From assembly GCA_051252135.1 (NCBI GenBank), contig JBPOGH010000021.1, forward strand, positions 9,906 through 73,905: a DNA stretch of 64,000 nt, written 5' to 3'. This DNA is from Verrucomicrobiaceae bacterium (lineage in GTDB: Bacteria; Verrucomicrobiota; Verrucomicrobiia; Verrucomicrobiales; Akkermansiaceae). Each line of letters begins with the position of its first letter. Position 1 is the first letter of the stretch. Below the pieces are notes generated by a model. The model did not search any database. It saw only the letters and a list, made by a program, of their open reading frames with translations, and was not told the DNA's origin. The translations under genes and the position numbers were made by a program. Below are positions 49,001 through 58,417 of this stretch, piece after piece.

Positions 49001-51600
49001 CCTACCACCTCATCGCCAACTCCACCGACGTCACCAACTCCCAATACAGCGGCGGCTCCGATGGCGTCCACTTCTCGGGCACCCTCGTCTACGATGGGAA
49101 AGTCTACGATCACATCGAGTTCGAAAACCGCGGTGAAGCATCCACCTACGTCTCCGGTAAAAACAAATGGCGCATGCACTTCAACCGCGCCCGCCGCTTC
49201 GCACCTCGCGACAACTGGGGTGAAAAATACGGCCGCACCTGGAGCAAGCTCAACCTCCAGTCCATCTCCAGCCCTTGGGCCGCCGTCAACCGGGGAATGG
49301 CCGGACTCGATGAATCACTCACCATGCGCCTCTACGGACTCGCCGGAATCCCCAGCCCCCGCACCCACTACTTCTCCTTCCGCGTCATCGATTCCGCCTC
49401 CGAAACCAACCCCTCCGATCAATATTCCGGAGACCTCTGGGGACTCTACCTCGCCATGGAACAACCCAACGGATCCTTCCTCGACGAACGCAACCTCCCC
49501 GATGGCAACATCTACAAAATCGAAGGAGGCTCCGGAGACAAAAAGGAACAAGGCAACACCCAGGTCACCAACTCCTCGGACTGGAGCTCCTTCTACTCCG
49601 CCTCAAACAGCGCCCAAACCGAACAATGGTGGCGCGATAACATGCACATGCCCGGTTACTACTCCATGCGCTCCCTCAACCGCCTCCTCGGAAACGTCGA
49701 TATCCGCATCGGTTACAACCACTACTTCTACCACGAGCCCACCCTCGACCAATGGCACGTCATGCCCTGGGACCTCGATATGATGTACATCGCCGAAACC
49801 CACCAGGCCGGCGTCATCCGACAGCAAAACTCCATCCTCAACCACTCCCAACTCGCCATCGAATTCCGCAACCGCGCACGCGAAATCCTCGACCTCGTCG
49901 CCTCCAACGACAGCCCCACCGGCGGCCAAATCGGACAACTCGTCGACGAATACGCCGACATCGTCAACCCCACCGGCCAAACACACACCTGGGCGGACGT
50001 CGATGCCTTCATGTGGAACTACCACCCCCGCACCAACGGCTCACCCGGCAATGCCTCCGGACAAACCAACCACAAAGGCAACTTCTACGCCTCACCCTTC
50101 ACCGACTCCCGCTTCGGAGGAACCTACCAACGCACCCTCATCTCCGAAGACCATGAAGGCTACGTCAACCACATCATCAACTACACCACCGACACCTTTA
50201 CCGGCGGAAACTGGTCCCCCGGAAACGGCATCCCCGCCGGCTACGGATACGAGTATCTCAATGACGAAGCCGACGACCCCAACATCCCCAACAAACCCAC
50301 CCTCGCCTACACCGGCCCCGCCGGATTCCCCGTCAACGGACTCTCCTTCAGCAGCGGCACCTTCTCCGATCCCAACAGCAACAACTCCTTCGGGAAAATG
50401 CGCTGGCGCATCGCAAAAATCCTCGCACCCGGACTCCCCGGCTACCAACCCAACACCCCCCGAACCTACGAGATCGAGACCGTAGCCACCTCACCCGAAA
50501 TCCTCTCCTTCAACAGCGCCTACCAATTCTCCCCCGATCCCATCCAGCCCGGTGCCACCTACCGCGTCCGCGTCCAGCACGAGGACTCAACCGGCCGCAC
50601 CAGCCACTGGTCCGATCCCGTCGAATTCCTCGCCGCTGCTCCTAGCACCACTCTCTGGAGCGATCACCTCGTGATCTCCGAGATCATGTACAACCCGCCC
50701 CAGCCCAATGCCAGCGAGTCCCTCGTCTCCACCAACAACAACGACTTCGAATTCATCGAACTCACCAACATCTCGTCCACCATCACCCTCGACCTCACCG
50801 GGCTCGACTTCTCCGCCGGCATCACCTTCGACTTCGCCACCGCCTCCCTCACCGCCCTCGCCCCCGGCGCCTCCGTTCTCCTCGTAAAAAACCAGGCCGC
50901 CTTCGAAGCACGCTACGGCACCGGCCTCCCCGTCATCGGCACCTACCCCAATTCCCTCTCAAATGGCGGAGAACAAATCACCCTCTCCTTCGCTCAAAAC
51001 ACCCCCATCATCGACTTCATCTACGGCACCGCCTCCCCCTGGCCCTCCGCGCCCGATGGCGGAGGCGTCTCACTCATCCTCATCAACCCCACCTCCGGAC
51101 CCGACCATTCCCTTGCCGCCAACTGGACTGCCGGAATCCAAAATGGCACCCCCGGAACACCGGAACCCGAAGGCCTGTCCTACTCCGATTGGCTCGCCGA
51201 TAACTTCACCCCCGGAGAACTCGGCAACCCCGCCATCTCCGGAGAAAACGCCGATCCCGACAACGACGGAATCTCCAACCTCCTCGAGTACGCCCTCTTC
51301 AGCGATCCCCAATCCACCGACCCGCTTGAATCCCTCATCACCTCCTCCTTTGTCGAGGACGGCGGACAAACCTACTTCACCTTCACCTACCGGCAGCGCA
51401 CTCCCGCACCGGAACTCACCTACATCCCCCAAATCTCCACCGGGCTCCAGACCTGGCGCGAAGGACCTTCCCACCTTGTCGAATTCTCAAATGTCGACCA
51501 TGGCAATGGCTCCAGCACCGTCACCGTCCGCTCCACCAGCCCATTCACCATACAAGCCAGAGAGTTCGCCCGCCTAAAGGTGATCCGCTCCGCGCCCTAA
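46027..51600 (+). CDS. Large secreted CotH-kinase / lamin-tail-domain / FN3-like repeat protein (~1857 aa)
   Basis: Signal peptide; three repeats with 'YGxxDGGT..G.W' and 'Y.F.ARATN..G..W'; lamin-tail motifs IVINEIHY..EEFIELYN and LVISEIMYN..EFIEL; CotH-like 'NHYFYH....WHVMPWDLD'. Confidence 0.88.
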   Translation: MTAPFRFLFLILPIVAHAAPVSVGDHSFESNALASGGWTNDLSPEWLETGGANNGSGFEEYINGFFAHGTDHLGLNSGHNVWQDLATTYASNTTYTLTVAVGNRAGQTAAGNQSIYSLRDPNNSTYASASANASAIAGAGNFADAPPLTFDTSTNPAAVGETIRIHLSAGNSGRTHFDHIRLDATPNLPDGTAQLTNGNASAITDSSATIGGTVTDIGDDAPTITLFYGPTDGGTDPGTWASSLNLPGTHSSSFSGAISGLNPAQEYFFAARATNSGGSSWATPSSSFETLPALPTVTQSASSSVTATSAGLSATITDTGGDLPTVVFYYGTSDGGTTTGNWTNSISLGQTSSTVSTTLTGLNTSTTYFFRARATNAAGSSWSPSSASFTTTTVTPPSIVNRDPANLTGTSASLRGEVTDNGSDTPTVTLYYGTTDGGTTPGSWQTFINVGPENGNFSRFVSGLTPETTYFFTSRATNLAGTAWAPASATFTTPAALPSSIVINEIHYDPLDETSAEEFIELYNPGSQLVDLSGWQLTDAVTFTFPSGTTIAPGDFVIIAQDPSRISTVFGKTALGPWTGSLNNQGEEIDLRDPSGTLQDQVNYDAGFPWPTGARGGGGSMELLNPALDNDLSGSWRVSGTTSANPSVTTFVPEADTDWHYRKGTSEASSPVSDWRQINFTEDGSWLTGQAPFGFGDNDDNTVLSDMQGSYSSVYLRQEFTVDPLNIPQQLTLRVYVDDGAIIWINGDEVERTHVDDGQIPFDGTGNNHEAAWEEFTIPAAGNYLVGGTNVIAIHALNVGRGSSDFSIDASLTSGSSTGGNGTPTPGAFNSSFSTLTPPAIRQVDHSPEAPTDSDPVTITAKITDPEGMGPVTLDYQTVDPGSYIRQTDPLYDTSWTTVTMVDDGTSGDLLADDSIYTVVLPASLQNHRRLVRYRIHFEDSAGASDTAPYADDKQPNFAYFCYNGTPSWAGSFTPTSATETFPPELMGSLPTYHLIANSTDVTNSQYSGGSDGVHFSGTLVYDGKVYDHIEFENRGEASTYVSGKNKWRMHFNRARRFAPRDNWGEKYGRTWSKLNLQSISSPWAAVNRGMAGLDESLTMRLYGLAGIPSPRTHYFSFRVIDSASETNPSDQYSGDLWGLYLAMEQPNGSFLDERNLPDGNIYKIEGGSGDKKEQGNTQVTNSSDWSSFYSASNSAQTEQWWRDNMHMPGYYSMRSLNRLLGNVDIRIGYNHYFYHEPTLDQWHVMPWDLDMMYIAETHQAGVIRQQNSILNHSQLAIEFRNRAREILDLVASNDSPTGGQIGQLVDEYADIVNPTGQTHTWADVDAFMWNYHPRTNGSPGNASGQTNHKGNFYASPFTDSRFGGTYQRTLISEDHEGYVNHIINYTTDTFTGGNWSPGNGIPAGYGYEYLNDEADDPNIPNKPTLAYTGPAGFPVNGLSFSSGTFSDPNSNNSFGKMRWRIAKILAPGLPGYQPNTPRTYEIETVATSPEILSFNSAYQFSPDPIQPGATYRVRVQHEDSTGRTSHWSDPVEFLAAAPSTTLWSDHLVISEIMYNPPQPNASESLVSTNNNDFEFIELTNISSTITLDLTGLDFSAGITFDFATASLTALAPGASVLLVKNQAAFEARYGTGLPVIGTYPNSLSNGGEQITLSFAQNTPIIDFIYGTASPWPSAPDGGGVSLILINPTSGPDHSLAANWTAGIQNGTPGTPEPEGLSYSDWLADNFTPGELGNPAISGENADPDNDGISNLLEYALFSDPQSTDPLESLITSSFVEDGGQTYFTFTYRQRTPAPELTYIPQISTGLQTWREGPSHLVEFSNVDHGNGSSTVTVRSTSPFTIQAREFARLKVIRSAP

Positions 51601-51660
51601 ACTGCGTTCACGGCAATGCAAGAGACCTCCAGCTTCATTCCCTTTGCAAAAGGAACTCCC

Positions 51661-52062
51661 CTAGCTGATCTCCTCCGCGATAAAGTCGCCCAACAGCTCA
51701 TCCAACTCGGTAAAGGCATCGTCCATTTCCTCTTCGATCCCCGCAAGATGATCTGATTCCGTTCTCGAATACTCCCCACGGTCCTCATTCCGCGTTTGGC
51801 ACCACTGGCTCGCATTGAGCACGTCCACCATCGCGCTGGCACCTACCAGATCAAACGAATTGATAATCCGGCTGTGATCGAGCCCGCTCTGCCAAAAATC
51901 ATGCAGACCATCACCTTCCTCAAGAAGCTGGACGGTCTCTACGACATCAAGGACAGCCCGCTCTTCACGACTCGGTTTGCTCTCCCCTGCCTCCTCGCTC
52001 AACTCATCAACCAGGATCAATACCTCATCACTCCACTCAACCTTCACTCTTCCAATATTCAT
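51661..52062 (-). CDS. Hypothetical acidic protein (possibly DUF4375-like)
   Basis: Open frame with 'LEEGDGLHDFWQS...IINSFDLVGA'. Start at MNIGRV chosen because the gnd terminator overlaps the longer ORF start. Confidence 0.6.
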   Translation of the reverse strand: MNIGRVKVEWSDEVLILVDELSEEAGESKPSREERAVLDVVETVQLLEEGDGLHDFWQSGLDHSRIINSFDLVGASAMVDVLNASQWCQTRNEDRGEYSRTESDHLAGIEEEMDDAFTELDELLGDFIAEEIS

Positions 52063-52144
52063 CTCGCCCTTGTGTTGCCGATGATCTTTTCCCCGGTCAA
52101 GGATCTGTTGAAAAAACCAGCCAACTTTATCCGGTTCGAAGCAC

Positions 52145-52179
52145 AAAAAAAGGTGACCCGCTTTCGCAGATCACCTTTT
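52145..52179 (-). terminator. Terminator after gnd
   Basis: AAAAGGTGA...TCACCTTTT inverted repeat with a T-run on the minus strand. Confidence 0.7.
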
Positions 52180-52202
52180 GAAAAAATCGGAGATTCTCCG
52201 CC

Positions 52203-53636
52203 TTAGCCAATAAGCTCGGGCCAATCTTCCGTGTGGAAGAACTCGCCCTCCGGCTTGTCCGTGCGCTCGTAGGTGTGCGCACCGAAGAAATCACGCTGCG
52301 CCTGCAAGAGGTTCGCAGGGAGACGCTCGGCACGATACGCATCGTAGTAGGACAACGATCCACCAAAGGAAGGAACCGGAATGCCGTTCGTCGCAGCAAG
52401 AGCCACCACTTCACGCCAGTCCTGCTGTCCGTCATTAAGCACCTGCGTGAAGAACGGGGAAAGCATCAGGTTGGTCGGAGGAGTATCGGACTGATAAGCC
52501 TCGGTGATGCGGTTCAGGAAGCGGGCACGAATGATGCAACCACCACGCCAAATCTTGGCAATCTCACCAAGCTTAAGATTCCAACCCTTGTCAGCACCCA
52601 CCTTCGTGATCAGGTCAAGACCCTGCGCGTAGGAAACAATCTTGGAAGCGTAGAGAGCATTGCGCACCTTCTTCACCAAATCCTCCTTGCTCATCTTCAG
52701 ATCGAAATCCCAATTGCTTGGTCCCTGAAGAATGCCACTCGCTACCTTACGCTGATCACGCATCGAGGAAAGAATCCGCGCTTCCACGGAACCCGCGATT
52801 GTCGAGAACGGCACCGCCTGCTCAACCGAGCCCATCACCGTCCAACGTCCGGTGCCCTTCTGGCCCGCTTTGTCCACGATGAGATCAACGATGTCCTTGC
52901 CCGTCTCAGGATCCTTCTGCTTGAAGATGTTCGCCGTGATCTCGATCAGGAAGGACTCAAGGTCTCCCTCATTCCAGTCGGCAAAAATATCAGCCAGCTC
53001 TTCGTTCGAGAACCCGGCCGCCTTGAAAATATTGTATGCCTCACAGATCAACTGCATGTCACCATACTCGATGCCGTTGTGAACCATCTTCACAAAGTGA
53101 CCTGCGCCACCCTCACCAATGTGCACCACGCAAGGCTCGCCATCGACCTTTGCCGAGATGCTCTCGAAGATAGGCTTCATGATTTCCCAGGTCGACTCAG
53201 GTCCACCGGGCATGATGGAAGGGCCTTTAAGCGCGCCTTCTTCACCACCGGATACACCCGCTCCAATGAAACGGAAACCAGCCTCGCCGACATACTTGTC
53301 GCGACGCTCAGTGTCGGTGTAGAGAGAATTGCCACCATCAATGATGATGTCACCTGGATCGAGGAGAGGCATGAGATCCTTGATCACATAATCAACTGGT
53401 GCGCCCGCTTGAACCATGATTTGAATTTTACGGGGAACAGCAAGAGACTCGACAAACTCTTCGAGAGTCTCGGCTCCGACGAGCTGCTTACCGGGATTTT
53501 CCTCAATGAACTCAGTCATCTTGGAGGTGGTGCGGTTGTAAACCGAGACTTGAAAGCCGCGGCTTTCAACGTTGAGAACAAGGTTCTGACCCATGACGGC
53601 CAGCCCAATTAGTCCGAAATCACTTTTCTTTTCCAT
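52203..53636 (-). CDS. gnd: NADP-dependent 6-phosphogluconate dehydrogenase
   Basis: GLIGLAVMGQNL, GVSGGEEGA, KMVHNGIEYGDMQ, QAQRDFFGAHTY. Confidence 0.98.
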   Translation of the reverse strand: MEKKSDFGLIGLAVMGQNLVLNVESRGFQVSVYNRTTSKMTEFIEENPGKQLVGAETLEEFVESLAVPRKIQIMVQAGAPVDYVIKDLMPLLDPGDIIIDGGNSLYTDTERRDKYVGEAGFRFIGAGVSGGEEGALKGPSIMPGGPESTWEIMKPIFESISAKVDGEPCVVHIGEGGAGHFVKMVHNGIEYGDMQLICEAYNIFKAAGFSNEELADIFADWNEGDLESFLIEITANIFKQKDPETGKDIVDLIVDKAGQKGTGRWTVMGSVEQAVPFSTIAGSVEARILSSMRDQRKVASGILQGPSNWDFDLKMSKEDLVKKVRNALYASKIVSYAQGLDLITKVGADKGWNLKLGEIAKIWRGGCIIRARFLNRITEAYQSDTPPTNLMLSPFFTQVLNDGQQDWREVVALAATNGIPVPSFGGSLSYYDAYRAERLPANLLQAQRDFFGAHTYERTDKPEGEFFHTEDWPELIG

Positions 53637-53779
53637 GGCGATAATCCGCTTTTGGCGGGGCGGTTGCCTTAGCCATCTATCCCCGAAAAGGCAAATGCAA
53701 TCTGCCTGACACCTCAATTGACCAATCCGGCCCTTCCCCGCTGGCTCACTTTCCGCTAGCGTCCCAACCAGCCACCAAC

Positions 53780-54202
53780 ATGCTCACCGACCCCGTCAAC
53801 ATCAGCTTCCAAATCCCCGCCCGCGACCCTCTCGGACGCGAGGAAATCATGGGCAAGCTCCGCTTCCTCCCCGATCATGTCGAACTCGCCTGGCGGCTCA
53901 AAGGCAACGTCTTCTCCGGAGGAAAAAGCGAAATGCAAACCATCGACCTCCCCTACGGCGAGATCGAACATGTCGATCTCGTCAAAAAATGGTGGAAAAT
54001 CCGCCAAATCGTCTTCCGCGTCTCCGATCCCCGCCTCCTGAGTGAGATCCCCGCCGCCGAAATGGGAAAACTCACCATGGACATCGACGAGCGCTCCCGT
54101 GAAGAAGCCATGAAACTCCACGGCCTCATCGACTTCAAGCGCTCCATCTTCATCCTCGACGCCCAGGAAGAACGGCTCAAAGCCATGAAGAGCGACCTCT
54201 AG
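53780..54202 (+). CDS. Hypothetical protein
   Basis: 140-aa ORF with local codon bias; fills the gap between neighbours. Confidence 0.7.
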   Translation: MLTDPVNISFQIPARDPLGREEIMGKLRFLPDHVELAWRLKGNVFSGGKSEMQTIDLPYGEIEHVDLVKKWWKIRQIVFRVSDPRLLSEIPAAEMGKLTMDIDERSREEAMKLHGLIDFKRSIFILDAQEERLKAMKSDL

Positions 54203-54237
54203 GACCACCGTCCCACCCCCTCGGGAGCAATCCCCCC

Positions 54238-54657
54238 CTAATTCCCCTGCACCATCACGGTGATCCGGCGGCTGTGCGGCTGGTCACGATGCTCAAAAAG
54301 AAAAATCCCCTGCCAGGTCCCCAAAGTCGCCCGGCCTTCAATCACCGGAATCACCTCACTCGTCCGCGTCAACACCATCCGGATGTGCGAGGGCATATCA
54401 TCCGGCCCCTCATAGGTGTGGATGAAATAAGGGGTATCCTCCGGCACCAAATGGTCGAAAAATGCATGCAGATCGGTCCGCGCACTCGGATCCGCATTTT
54501 CCATAATCACCAAACTCGCACTCGTGTGCTGCACAAAAACCGTCACCGTCCCCGTCGTAATCCCCGACTCCGCCACAATCGACTCAACCTGCCGCGTAAT
54601 CTCATAAGTCCCCTTCCCCGAGGACTGCACCGCAAAACTGGCTGGATGGTTCGCCAT
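54238..54657 (-). CDS. YjbQ / UPF0047 family protein
   Basis: QHTSASL..ENADP, H.YEGPDDMPSHI, LGTWQGI.LFEHR. Confidence 0.92.
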   Translation of the reverse strand: MANHPASFAVQSSGKGTYEITRQVESIVAESGITTGTVTVFVQHTSASLVIMENADPSARTDLHAFFDHLVPEDTPYFIHTYEGPDDMPSHIRMVLTRTSEVIPVIEGRATLGTWQGIFLFEHRDQPHSRRITVMVQGN

Positions 54658-54664
54658 CGTCGTC

Positions 54665-55537
54665 CTACTCGCCCGCCTTCTTGATCGCGTCGTAAGTCGG
54701 GTGCGCTTGCGGAGTCACCTGAAGATCAAGCACTTGCGTGCCACGAATCACCCGCAGAGACGTCGTCTTCTCCGGAATCAGATAATAAAATGCGTTGATC
54801 GCCGTCCCGTAGGTCGTCACCGGCCATCCGCCCAAACTCAACAACACATCCCCCTTCTGAAGCCCCACTTTGCCCGAAGGAGACTCCGGACGAACCCCCT
54901 CAACCGCCGGGATGGGATTGAGATGATCCAAATGTAGCCCCAACCAACAACGCCTCAACGCCTTGTGGGTCTTAAAATCCTCCAAATTGCGCTCCACCGC
55001 TTCAATCGGAAGCGCGTAGGTGCCATTCCCAAAGTCAGGAGTCGGCTGATGCGAAATCGCCACCAACGCCCCCTTCTCATCGTAAAGAGGCTGCCCCGGC
55101 TTCGGAAGGGCCCCGGGATGATGAATCCTCAGAAAACTCAGCGGCAGATGCTGATCATGAAACTGGGTCTCCCAACTCACCACCAGACTTGCCGCACCCT
55201 GTTTGCCTGATTTCAAATAAAGCGCATCTCCGGCCTTCAATCCCTGGGCTTTCCCAAAATTTGGAGCCGATTCAGTCTTGGGACCTTTTAAAAGCGTGAT
55301 CCGCGACTGGGGGTCATGCGCCAGAAACTCAAACGAATCCCCCCCCACTTTGGCCTTGGCAAGATCCACCCCCGCAACGCCAACCGTCGCATAAATCTCA
55401 CCACCTACCGGCAGCGCGATCGCGTGGGCCTCCCCTCCGTCATCACTCAGCGGGAAGGTAAGAAGAACTTGTGCCGAAACAATGACTGGACTCAGCGCGG
55501 CAGCAAATACCGCGCATCCGGGGATACGAAATCTCAT
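54665..55537 (-). CDS. Trypsin-like + PDZ (HtrA/DegS-like) protein, catalytic residues apparently absent
   Basis: Signal peptide; 'WLGL...VEGVRPESP..KVGLQKGDVLLSLGG' PDZ; PKPGQP in place of GNSGGP. Confidence 0.7.
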   Translation of the reverse strand: MRFRIPGCAVFAAALSPVIVSAQVLLTFPLSDDGGEAHAIALPVGGEIYATVGVAGVDLAKAKVGGDSFEFLAHDPQSRITLLKGPKTESAPNFGKAQGLKAGDALYLKSGKQGAASLVVSWETQFHDQHLPLSFLRIHHPGALPKPGQPLYDEKGALVAISHQPTPDFGNGTYALPIEAVERNLEDFKTHKALRRCWLGLHLDHLNPIPAVEGVRPESPSGKVGLQKGDVLLSLGGWPVTTYGTAINAFYYLIPEKTTSLRVIRGTQVLDLQVTPQAHPTYDAIKKAGE

Positions 55538-55558
55538 CAAGATACTATAGGGGACCGA

Positions 55559-55948
55559 TTAAAATTCCTGCTTCGTCGCCTCACGGGACCGATAATTCGC
55601 CCCGTTCTCGAAATCCACCGCTGGCAGCGGCTTGGACCCGTCGCGCTCAAAGGAAGCAGGCGCAACATTCGGATTGGAGGCCGGACCCGTCGCAGATGGC
55701 CAGATAAGGATTCCAACCATCAAAGCCGCGTAAGCCACTCCAGCTCCCGCTACCCATTTGATCGATCCCAACTCACGGAACCAGGTCCCAACACGTTCGC
55801 CAAGCAAGCTGAGGGAAGATTTCTTGAGAAGCTCCTGACGCTGTCGGCTCTGGAATTCGTCAAGGAAGTCCTCGAAGTAACCATCTCGGGGAGTTTCATA
55901 ACGCTTCAAGCGAATGATATTTTGAATTTGTTCTTCGCGATTATTCAC
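55559..55948 (-). CDS. Single-TM protein, probable anti-sigma factor
   Basis: Immediately downstream of the ECF sigma; 'LKRYETP..GYFEDFL.EF..RQR' followed by a TM helix. Confidence 0.6.
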   Translation of the reverse strand: MNNREEQIQNIIRLKRYETPRDGYFEDFLDEFQSRQRQELLKKSSLSLLGERVGTWFRELGSIKWVAGAGVAYAALMVGILIWPSATGPASNPNVAPASFERDGSKPLPAVDFENGANYRSREATKQEF

Positions 55949-56003
55949 AATGACATTAATTTTTTGTATTATTTCCTTAAATTTCCATGAAGATCAAGGA
56001 TAT

Positions 56004-56591
56004 TTATCGGAGATACTCTTCCAAATGCCCCTGCAACTGCTGGTGCGCGTAAAAGAGTCTCGAGCGGACGGTCCCCTCCGATACTCCAAGGATTTTGCTG
56101 ATCTCAGCATGGGGAACCCCTTGAATATCGAACATGGTAACAACTGCTCTGTGGTCCTCTGACAGCGCTTGCATCGCTTCGTTCAATTTTTTTTGAAGTT
56201 CGTTCACCCCACTCTGGTGCCGTGGATTCGCCCCATGGCTCAAATCCACCATCGCATCATCCTGCTGAATCCCCGATTCCACGTCATCCAGACTCCACGC
56301 CGCCCTCCGTTTCCGCTTCTTTAAAAAATTTAGGGTCATGTTCGTCGCGATGGAGTAAATCCACGTGTAAAAGGTCGATTTCCCCCGAAACCGCTTCACC
56401 GAACGGTAGGCCTTCGCAAAAATATCCTGCAACAGATCATGCGTATCCTCCTTGTTGGAGGTCATGTGATACACCATCCCGTAGAGCTTGGGTGAAAACT
56501 TCACCACCAATTCATCAAAGGCACGGGTATCCCCCTCTTGCGCGCGGCGGACGAGATCTTGATCAGGATCTTGAATTCGGTCGTTGGACAT
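56004..56591 (-). CDS. ECF RNA polymerase sigma factor
   Basis: DLVRRAQEGD..AFDELV, FRGKSTFYTWIYSIA.N, EIS.ILGVSEGTVRSRLFYA. Confidence 0.93.
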   Translation of the reverse strand: MSNDRIQDPDQDLVRRAQEGDTRAFDELVVKFSPKLYGMVYHMTSNKEDTHDLLQDIFAKAYRSVKRFRGKSTFYTWIYSIATNMTLNFLKKRKRRAAWSLDDVESGIQQDDAMVDLSHGANPRHQSGVNELQKKLNEAMQALSEDHRAVVTMFDIQGVPHAEISKILGVSEGTVRSRLFYAHQQLQGHLEEYLR

Positions 56592-56672
56592 GTGTTGGGC
56601 GAACTTGAAATACAGGAGGCAGGGCAGCTTCTCCTTCGCTCGATGATAGAGACACGGAAGCAGGGCGCACGT

Positions 56673-57017
56673 TCAATTTCCACGCTCAATTATCACCCCA
56701 ACCCAATCGGTCTCCGGTAAAATGAACTTTTCCAGCTCCACCCGCACCTGCTCCACCTCAAAATTCTCCAGCACATGGGCCGCAATGTCCTGCGCCAGCG
56801 TCTCAATCAGCTGCCTCTCCCCCCTCCCCGCCAACTCCCTCACCTGATCCGCCACCTCCTTGTAATCAACCGTCCCCGCAATCCCGTCATCCCCGGGGAA
56901 TCCTGACACCGTCATCGTCAAATGCGCCCGCAGCACCTGCGCCTCCGCCCGCTCCTCCTCCGGAACACCGATGCGGCAGCTCAGCTGCAGCCCCTTGATG
57001 ACAATCTGATCAGACAT
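56673..57017 (-). CDS. folB: Dihydroneopterin aldolase
   Basis: DQIVIKGL...IGV.EEER..Q, TVDY, LIETLA, VELEK. Confidence 0.88.
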   Translation of the reverse strand: MSDQIVIKGLQLSCRIGVPEEERAEAQVLRAHLTMTVSGFPGDDGIAGTVDYKEVADQVRELAGRGERQLIETLAQDIAAHVLENFEVEQVRVELEKFILPETDWVGVIIERGN

Positions 57018-57033
57018 ACGTAAAAAAACTCAA

Positions 57034-57663
57034 TCAACGCCCCTTCCCCTCAAGCCATTCCCGAAACTCGGTCAGATGGCTAAAAATATGCCTCGGCCGC
57101 GCATTCCGTAGCCGCAATTCCGGATCGTAACCCGTCGTCACCGCCACCGATCCCACCCCGCCATGGTGCGCCGTATCAATATCGTGCACCATATCTCCCA
57201 CAAAAGCCGTCGTCGCAGGATCCAGCGAATGCCCCGTCAAAATCCCCCCAATCCGATCCCGCTTGTCAATCACCCCCGCATAAATCGCCTCAAAAAAGTG
57301 GTCCATCTCCAGCCGATGCGCCTGCTCCGCAAAAACCTTCTCATCCATGCTCGAGAGCACAAAGCACCTCACTTCCCGCTCCACACACCACGTCAGCATC
57401 TCCCGCGCATGCGGAAGCACCGTCACCTGCTGGGGCGACCCCCGAAAAGCCGCCCGAAAAACATCCTCCAGCTCCTCAATCGCCACCCCCGGCAGCACCT
57501 CCTCGTAAAACTCCGGATAAGGCAGCCGGAACCGCTCCCGAAACTCCTCCACTTCCATCGCCGGAATCCCGTAGGCCCCCAGCACCGCATTCGTGGCATC
57601 CAGCGTCGGTGGCAAATCGTTCACCAAAGTCCCGGACCAGTCGAAAAGAAGATTCTGATACAT
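57034..57663 (-). CDS. HAD-family hydrolase
   Basis: LLFDWSGTL, FVGDMVHDI, VTTGY. Confidence 0.88.
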   Translation of the reverse strand: MYQNLLFDWSGTLVNDLPPTLDATNAVLGAYGIPAMEVEEFRERFRLPYPEFYEEVLPGVAIEELEDVFRAAFRGSPQQVTVLPHAREMLTWCVEREVRCFVLSSMDEKVFAEQAHRLEMDHFFEAIYAGVIDKRDRIGGILTGHSLDPATTAFVGDMVHDIDTAHHGGVGSVAVTTGYDPELRLRNARPRHIFSHLTEFREWLEGKGR

Positions 57664-57667
57664 CATG

Positions 57668-58054
57668 TTAACCCAAGGTCATTCGAAGCTGCTTGATGTG
57701 CTCTTCCCCCAGCTCCTTTTGCAAACGCTTCAGCAATTGCGGCTTCAGCTGCTCCAAATGATACCGCATCGCCGGCTGAAGCACCTTCAGGGTCAGGCAC
57801 CCCTTTCTCAGCGAAACCGGCTCGGTCTGCGTCGCAATCACCTCTCCGGCCAAGCTCGCCCACGCTTCCTTCACCCGATCCTCATCCAGCCCGCCCCTCA
57901 TCCCAATCGAGTCGAGAATCGACTCAATATAGGCGGACGCCTCGGAAACATTGCGGTTCAGATCGAGCGGAAAATGCCCCCCAACCCAGTCCCGCATGAA
58001 ATGCGACCGGATCTTCTGCGGGCTCGCCTTCTTCTCGGGACCCCGCTTTTTCAT
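57668..58054 (-). CDS. DUF721 / DciA-like protein
   Basis: 'AWASLAGEVIATQTEPVSLRKGCLTLKV....RYHL'. Confidence 0.8.
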   Translation of the reverse strand: MKKRGPEKKASPQKIRSHFMRDWVGGHFPLDLNRNVSEASAYIESILDSIGMRGGLDEDRVKEAWASLAGEVIATQTEPVSLRKGCLTLKVLQPAMRYHLEQLKPQLLKRLQKELGEEHIKQLRMTLG

Positions 58055-58066
58055 CGCTTCGAAGGA

Positions 58067-58300
58067 TTACTCACCGTCGTCGCCAATGGCCTCGACAGGA
58101 CATCCCTCCATCGCTTCAACGCACTGCTCAAGCTCCTCTTCCCCTTCGGGTTGCTTGAAAACATACGAGTAACCCTCGTCGTCAGAGCGCTGAAAGTTCT
58201 GGGGAGCCGTCTCCCGGCACAGATCGCAGTCGATACACTGGGAATCGACATAAAACTTACCGCCAACGTTTTCCGGATTCTTATCTTCGAGATCAGCCAT
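58067..58300 (-). CDS. Ferredoxin (4Fe-4S)
   Basis: YVDSQCIDCDLCRETAP...CPVEAIG. Confidence 0.93.
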   Translation of the reverse strand: MADLEDKNPENVGGKFYVDSQCIDCDLCRETAPQNFQRSDDEGYSYVFKQPEGEEELEQCVEAMEGCPVEAIGDDGE

Positions 58301-58417
58301 GGTATTACGCAGGAAGAATTCGCCCACCCGACCGAAAGATGCAAACTCTTTTTGCCCGCCCTTTCTCGCTTTGCAAGCCGACCCTCCCGTAGTTAGCTAG
58401 CTCCCGCACCCGCTAAG

